A stretch of 64,000 nt of DNA, from assembly GCF_009914755.1 (NCBI RefSeq), contig NC_060941.1; one strand, 5' to 3'. This document shows positions 57,154-64,000 of this stretch, piece after piece. Below the pieces are notes generated by a model. The model did not search any database, was not told the DNA's origin, and was given only the letters and a program-made list of their open reading frames with translations. How positions within the stretch are numbered: the stretch's first letter is position 1; the number at the start of each line of letters is the position of its first letter. A program made the position numbers and the translations under genes. The stretch comes from the human T2T-CHM13v2.0 reference genome, Homo sapiens.

Positions 57154-58849
57154 AGGTCATTTAAATCTAATCAGTAATTGAGCTTGGTCAGAACTGGATT
57201 GTAGTTTTAGATAGATTCAGCCCACCTCTGCTATATCGCTGATCTTCTGATTGTGATCTTGGTAGATGTGTGTCTCCTCAGACCTTAAACCCTTCAATTC
57301 AATTTTTCTGAGTTTGAGCTTAACTATTTAGCCTCCAGCCCCATGTAGCTTCAATATCTGTCAAACATCTTGAGGAAGAGATGAGCCATGGTTTAAAACA
57401 GGACCTTTTATCCTAAGTACCAAGAAATTGAGCAAAATTTTACTCTCCCTTTCAGCCCCATCCTTTTTGACTGTGGCTTTACCAGGGTTTTGATGAAAAG
57501 TCTAATGAGTCTCTACTTCTTCAGTAATATAATGTGTATCTTTTGGATCCTTTAAATTAAGCCCTTTAACCTTCCACCCAAACAGGTTCATAACCTTGCA
57601 AATCTGTTGTATTTATAGAAGGATTTTGTCACCTAAGCACCCTGAACAGATAAACACCCCACTTCCTATACTGCCTCAGCACTCAGCAAATGTCCTTTGG
57701 GGTCATGTGTCTGCGCTCTTTCAGATCTCTATCTACCATTCGGAAGTTTTCAGAAGCATTATTCGTCTTGGTTTTCTGCAGTGGAATTCCTCCACCTGTG
57801 CCAAGCCTGAGCCTCAGCTTTTGCCCAAACTTGCAAATGCCCTCACAGAAGAAACAACTATTGATTGCCAGCCCTCTTAGGAAGGGCTCTTCTCTGTTTG
57901 GAATTTTACTGCATCTAGTTCTCATTGCTTCCATAGTTTTCTGATGACTTTAACAATATAATTTTCTAATTTATCCTTTTTTCTCCCTAGTTGTTTTAGT
58001 AGGAGCGAATATTTGCCAAACATACTATATCCTACTTGAAAGGCAAACTTTGTGAAAATTATTATTTAGAACAGTTTTGTTTCTAATTAATTATTAATAA
58101 TGCATATACATTTTTAGGCTTATTGTGATATTGAGAAAAACTCCATCATGTTTTCTTTCACATATTGAACTCTATTATTTGGAAGGACTTTATATTGCCT
58201 ATTATCTGGCTCTATTCCTGTTAAACCTCTGCTCTCATTCTTCGTGTGATGACATTGTGTAGTCAGTAGAGATGACTGTAGAAATTTTCCTGGAACCTAT
58301 TCTTATGTAGGGATGTCTAGCAATAATTTAGGCATACATGGACATGACTGAATTATCTACATAGCCCCCAAACCCACAGCTCAGATTTTTTGTATTTTGA
58401 TTTTAACTTCTTATTTGAATTACCAAAATGTCTATGGCCACTTAACAACTGATATGAAGAGAAATCAGAGTGGATAGACACAGTGGCCTAAACTGTTTAT
58501 AGTCACAATATATTAATTTTATAAAATTTATGAAAACATGACCATGTGACCATATTACTAGGGACCTTGATTACAGAAAAGACCCAGACAAATAAGAGGC
58601 CCTGAAATGCAAACTTCTTTTGCTTCACAGAAAATTCACCATCATTAATAACATATGCACACACAATTACCACCATCACAATAAATAAACAAGCACAACC
58701 AAACCAAAACCAATAATAGAACCAAGTTGGCTGATCCTGACAAGTCGGTTTCAGCTAAGCTAACTTGCTCCCAAGTTTGATAAAACTTCCGAGAAGGATG
58801 AAACTTAAGAGATATTATATTTGCTTAAATATTCAAGGAAAATGGACAC

Positions 58850-58990
58850 TTTTAGAACAAGAAAGACATTATTTCTGGAACCAGAAAGCCTAGGTTTAAA
58901 TCCCAGCAACACAATATACTAGCTTCATGACTCTGGGCAAGTTTGTCAGTCTCTCTATGCCTTAGTGTCCTCATCTATGAAATGGAGACG
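58850..58990 (+). mobile_element. MIR
   Basis: CCTAGGTTTAAATCCCAGC...GGGCAAGT...CCTTAGTGTCCTCATCTATGAAATGG. Confidence 0.75.
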
Positions 58991-59116
58991 TGTGTATATA
59001 CATATGTGTGTGTATGTGTGTGTGTATCCATTTATATATGTGTGTATATATTACATATAACATTGTATTAGGTTTCTCTAGAGGGACAGAATTAATAGAA
59101 GATATATATATACATA

Positions 59117-60199
<1,083 letters not shown>

Positions 60200-60709
60200 T
60201 ATGAAAGGGAGTTTATTAAGGAGAATCGACTCACATGGTCACAAGGTAAAATCCCACAATAGGCTGTCTGCAAGTTGAGGAGCGAGAAAGCCAGTAGTGT
60301 ATCAGTCTGAGTCCCAAAACCTCAGAAGTAGGGAAGCCGACAGTGCAGCCTTCATTGTGTGGCCAATGGCCCGAGAGCCCCTGACAAACCACTGGTGTAA
60401 GTCCAGGAGTCCAAAAGCTGAAGAACTCAGAGTCTGATGTTTGAGGACAAGAAGCATCCAGCACAGGAGAAAGATGAAGGCCGGAAGACTGGGCAAATCT
60501 GCTCTTCCATCTTCTCCTGCCTGCTTTATCCTAGCGGCACTGGCAGCTGATTAGATGGTGCCCCCCCAGATTGGGAGTGGGTCTGCCTCTCCCAGTCCAC
60601 GGACTCAAATGTTAATCTCCTTTGGCAATGCCCTCACAGACACACCCAGGAATAATACTGTGCATCCTTCAATCCAATCAAGTTGACACTCAATATTAAC
60701 CATCAAAAA

Positions 60710-60890
60710 CATGTTATATGTTATATATTAATATGTTATATATAATATATAGGTATATATTACATATTTATATATTGGTGTAAATCATATAGTGATATAT
60801 AGGTAAATATTATATATTGATTTATATATCTATTTTATCCATCTATCATCAACACACCAAAGTATTATCTAATATTTATAATTATTATTA
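60710..60890. repeat. AT-rich low-complexity tract
   Basis: Direct reading. Confidence 0.7.
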
Positions 60891-61220
60891 TCTGGAGTTA
60901 TTCTTGAGTGAAACAAAATGATCATTTTTCTTCTGTAGTAGCATTGCTTACATGTTTAACAGGTAATTCATAAAGTCAAAAATGTGGTTTTAGATAAAAG
61001 GCATGACACTAACCTTTTATATATTGTGACATGCATGGTAGTGTACATGAAAAGGAAGTAAGTTGAGATGAGACCTATCTTTAAAGATCCAAATCAATCT
61101 CTTAGAGAAAGCGACCTGCTAGACTATTCTGCAGGCAGCCTCTAGGCTCTGGGTTTCTGTTCTTCAAGTGAACACAATATATCTGTCACTAAAAGTTAAT
61201 CCTTTAAGAGTGAGTAAAAT

Positions 61221-61554
<334 letters not shown>

Positions 61555-62539
61555 TTAAGGAAAACGTTATTTTAAAGATGTAAAAAGATGGCAAAAACTG
61601 AAAGCTTGGCTTGATGGCTTGCTTGGAGCTAGTTTACGACAACATTGGAAAGGAATTCTATAAAAAATATTAAATATTATTGCTTAGTTTATAAATGTTT
61701 TCTTTTTTGTAATTCATTCACTTAGTTTCTTCAGAATTGTTTTTAATGTTTTCTCAGGAATATAATTTGTAACAACGCTCAGTGCTATTCTCAACCCATG
61801 CTGCTATTTGTTGATGGGCCAATTTGGTTTGATTGAATACATACATATGTTATGGTATGTCAAAATTCTTATAAACTTGCTAATATAGGAGACAGATAAA
61901 TTAGTTTGCCAGCCAACTAGTTTCTAAATTTGTCTCATTATCTGTTTCCAATTGCAAAGTAGAAACAAAAATGATATATTTTGAAAAGTATGTTGTTTAA
62001 TTTAGGAATATGTGTGGCAATCTTTTAGTCATACGTAAAAATAAATAGTTATTTCACTAATGCAATAGGCTATGAGTAGGAATAACTTTCAAAGACAAAA
62101 AATTTTTTGTTTGAACTGTAATCCTGAGAAACTGTATGAAAGCTTATTTTGTAAATTGAGTCATTAAAATGTGGAAACAAGATTGGTTAATCTGCATAAT
62201 TACCCTACAATTTAGGTAGCTAGGAAATCATCTGATTACCACACGCTATGTACACTAATTCAATGTGTACATTTTTGCTTTTTCCACTAGACTGTGAGAT
62301 TTTTGGGAGCAGCGATCATGTTTTTTTTTTTTTTTTCATCTTTGAATTCTGGTTGCCATTTAGAAAATGTTCATTGTAATGAGCTGTGGATAAAGAGGGG
62401 GTATTGTGGAAATGTCAAGGTGACCTTGAAATTGTTGGTGGGATGCAAACAGATGTGTCTCTGCTACAATGGTGTTCTGAGGTACACCATCATCAGGAAG
62501 ACAGGCAGGGTTAGAAGAGGACAGCTGTAGAGGACACTG

Positions 62540-63590
<1,051 letters not shown>

Positions 63591-63650
63591 CAAACAAACA
63601 AAAAAAGCAAAAACATTAAACTTAGGGAGGTCAAGGTACTGACAAAGAAG

Positions 63651-64000
63651 TGTGAAAGGAAAATAAATATTGGGTCCCCAAAATCACTCAAGCTGGGAAC
63701 TGCTTAGGGCAAACCTGCCTCCCACTCTATTCAGAGTCACACCTCTGCTCACTGAGATAAATGCATATCTGATTATGTATTTGGAGCAGCTAATCAGAGG
63801 CTCAAAAGAATGCAACCATTTGTCTCTTATCTACCTATGACCTGGAAGCCCCTCCTTTAAGCTGTCCTACCTTTTTGGACTAAACCAATGTGTATGTTAC
63901 ACATATCAATTGATGTCTCATGTCTCCGTAAAATGTATTAACACCAAGCTGTGCCCCGACCACCTTTGGCACATGTCATCAGGACTTCCTGAGGCTGTGT
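63651..64000 (+). mobile_element. MER4A-type ERV1 LTR (runs off window end)
   Basis: TGTGAAAGGAAAATAAAT..GGGTCCCCAAAATCACT...CTGAGATAAATGCATATCTGATT. Confidence 0.88.

Overview
Human (primate) non-coding genomic DNA, AT-rich and without a CpG island. An AluYa5 carrying all five diagnostic bases points to Homo sapiens. I recognise no protein-coding gene: the ORF track is almost all Alu, L1, LTR or microsatellite-derived or chance ORFs. A large part of the window is interspersed repeat: 16 Alus, several L1 fragments, L2/L3/MIR relics, DNA-transposon MITEs, solo LTRs (several with intact target-site duplications, TSDs) and a decayed LTR16/HERV16-type ERV-L provirus with readable gag and RT motifs. 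Most notable: (i) a minus-strand MLT2A2 LTR keeping its DUX4-type motif and GTGAGT splice donor, upstream of well-formed minus-strand candidate exons, which suggests an LTR-driven lncRNA (hypothesis only); (ii) an L1PB1 insertion whose TSD also encloses about 250 bp of extra sequence with its own ATTAAA and A-run, the signature of a 3' transduction; (iii) three fold-back or templated micro-rearrangements; (iv) a young, possibly polymorphic AluYa5. Subfamily names come from recalled consensus motifs, not an alignment, and the boundaries of old elements are approximate.
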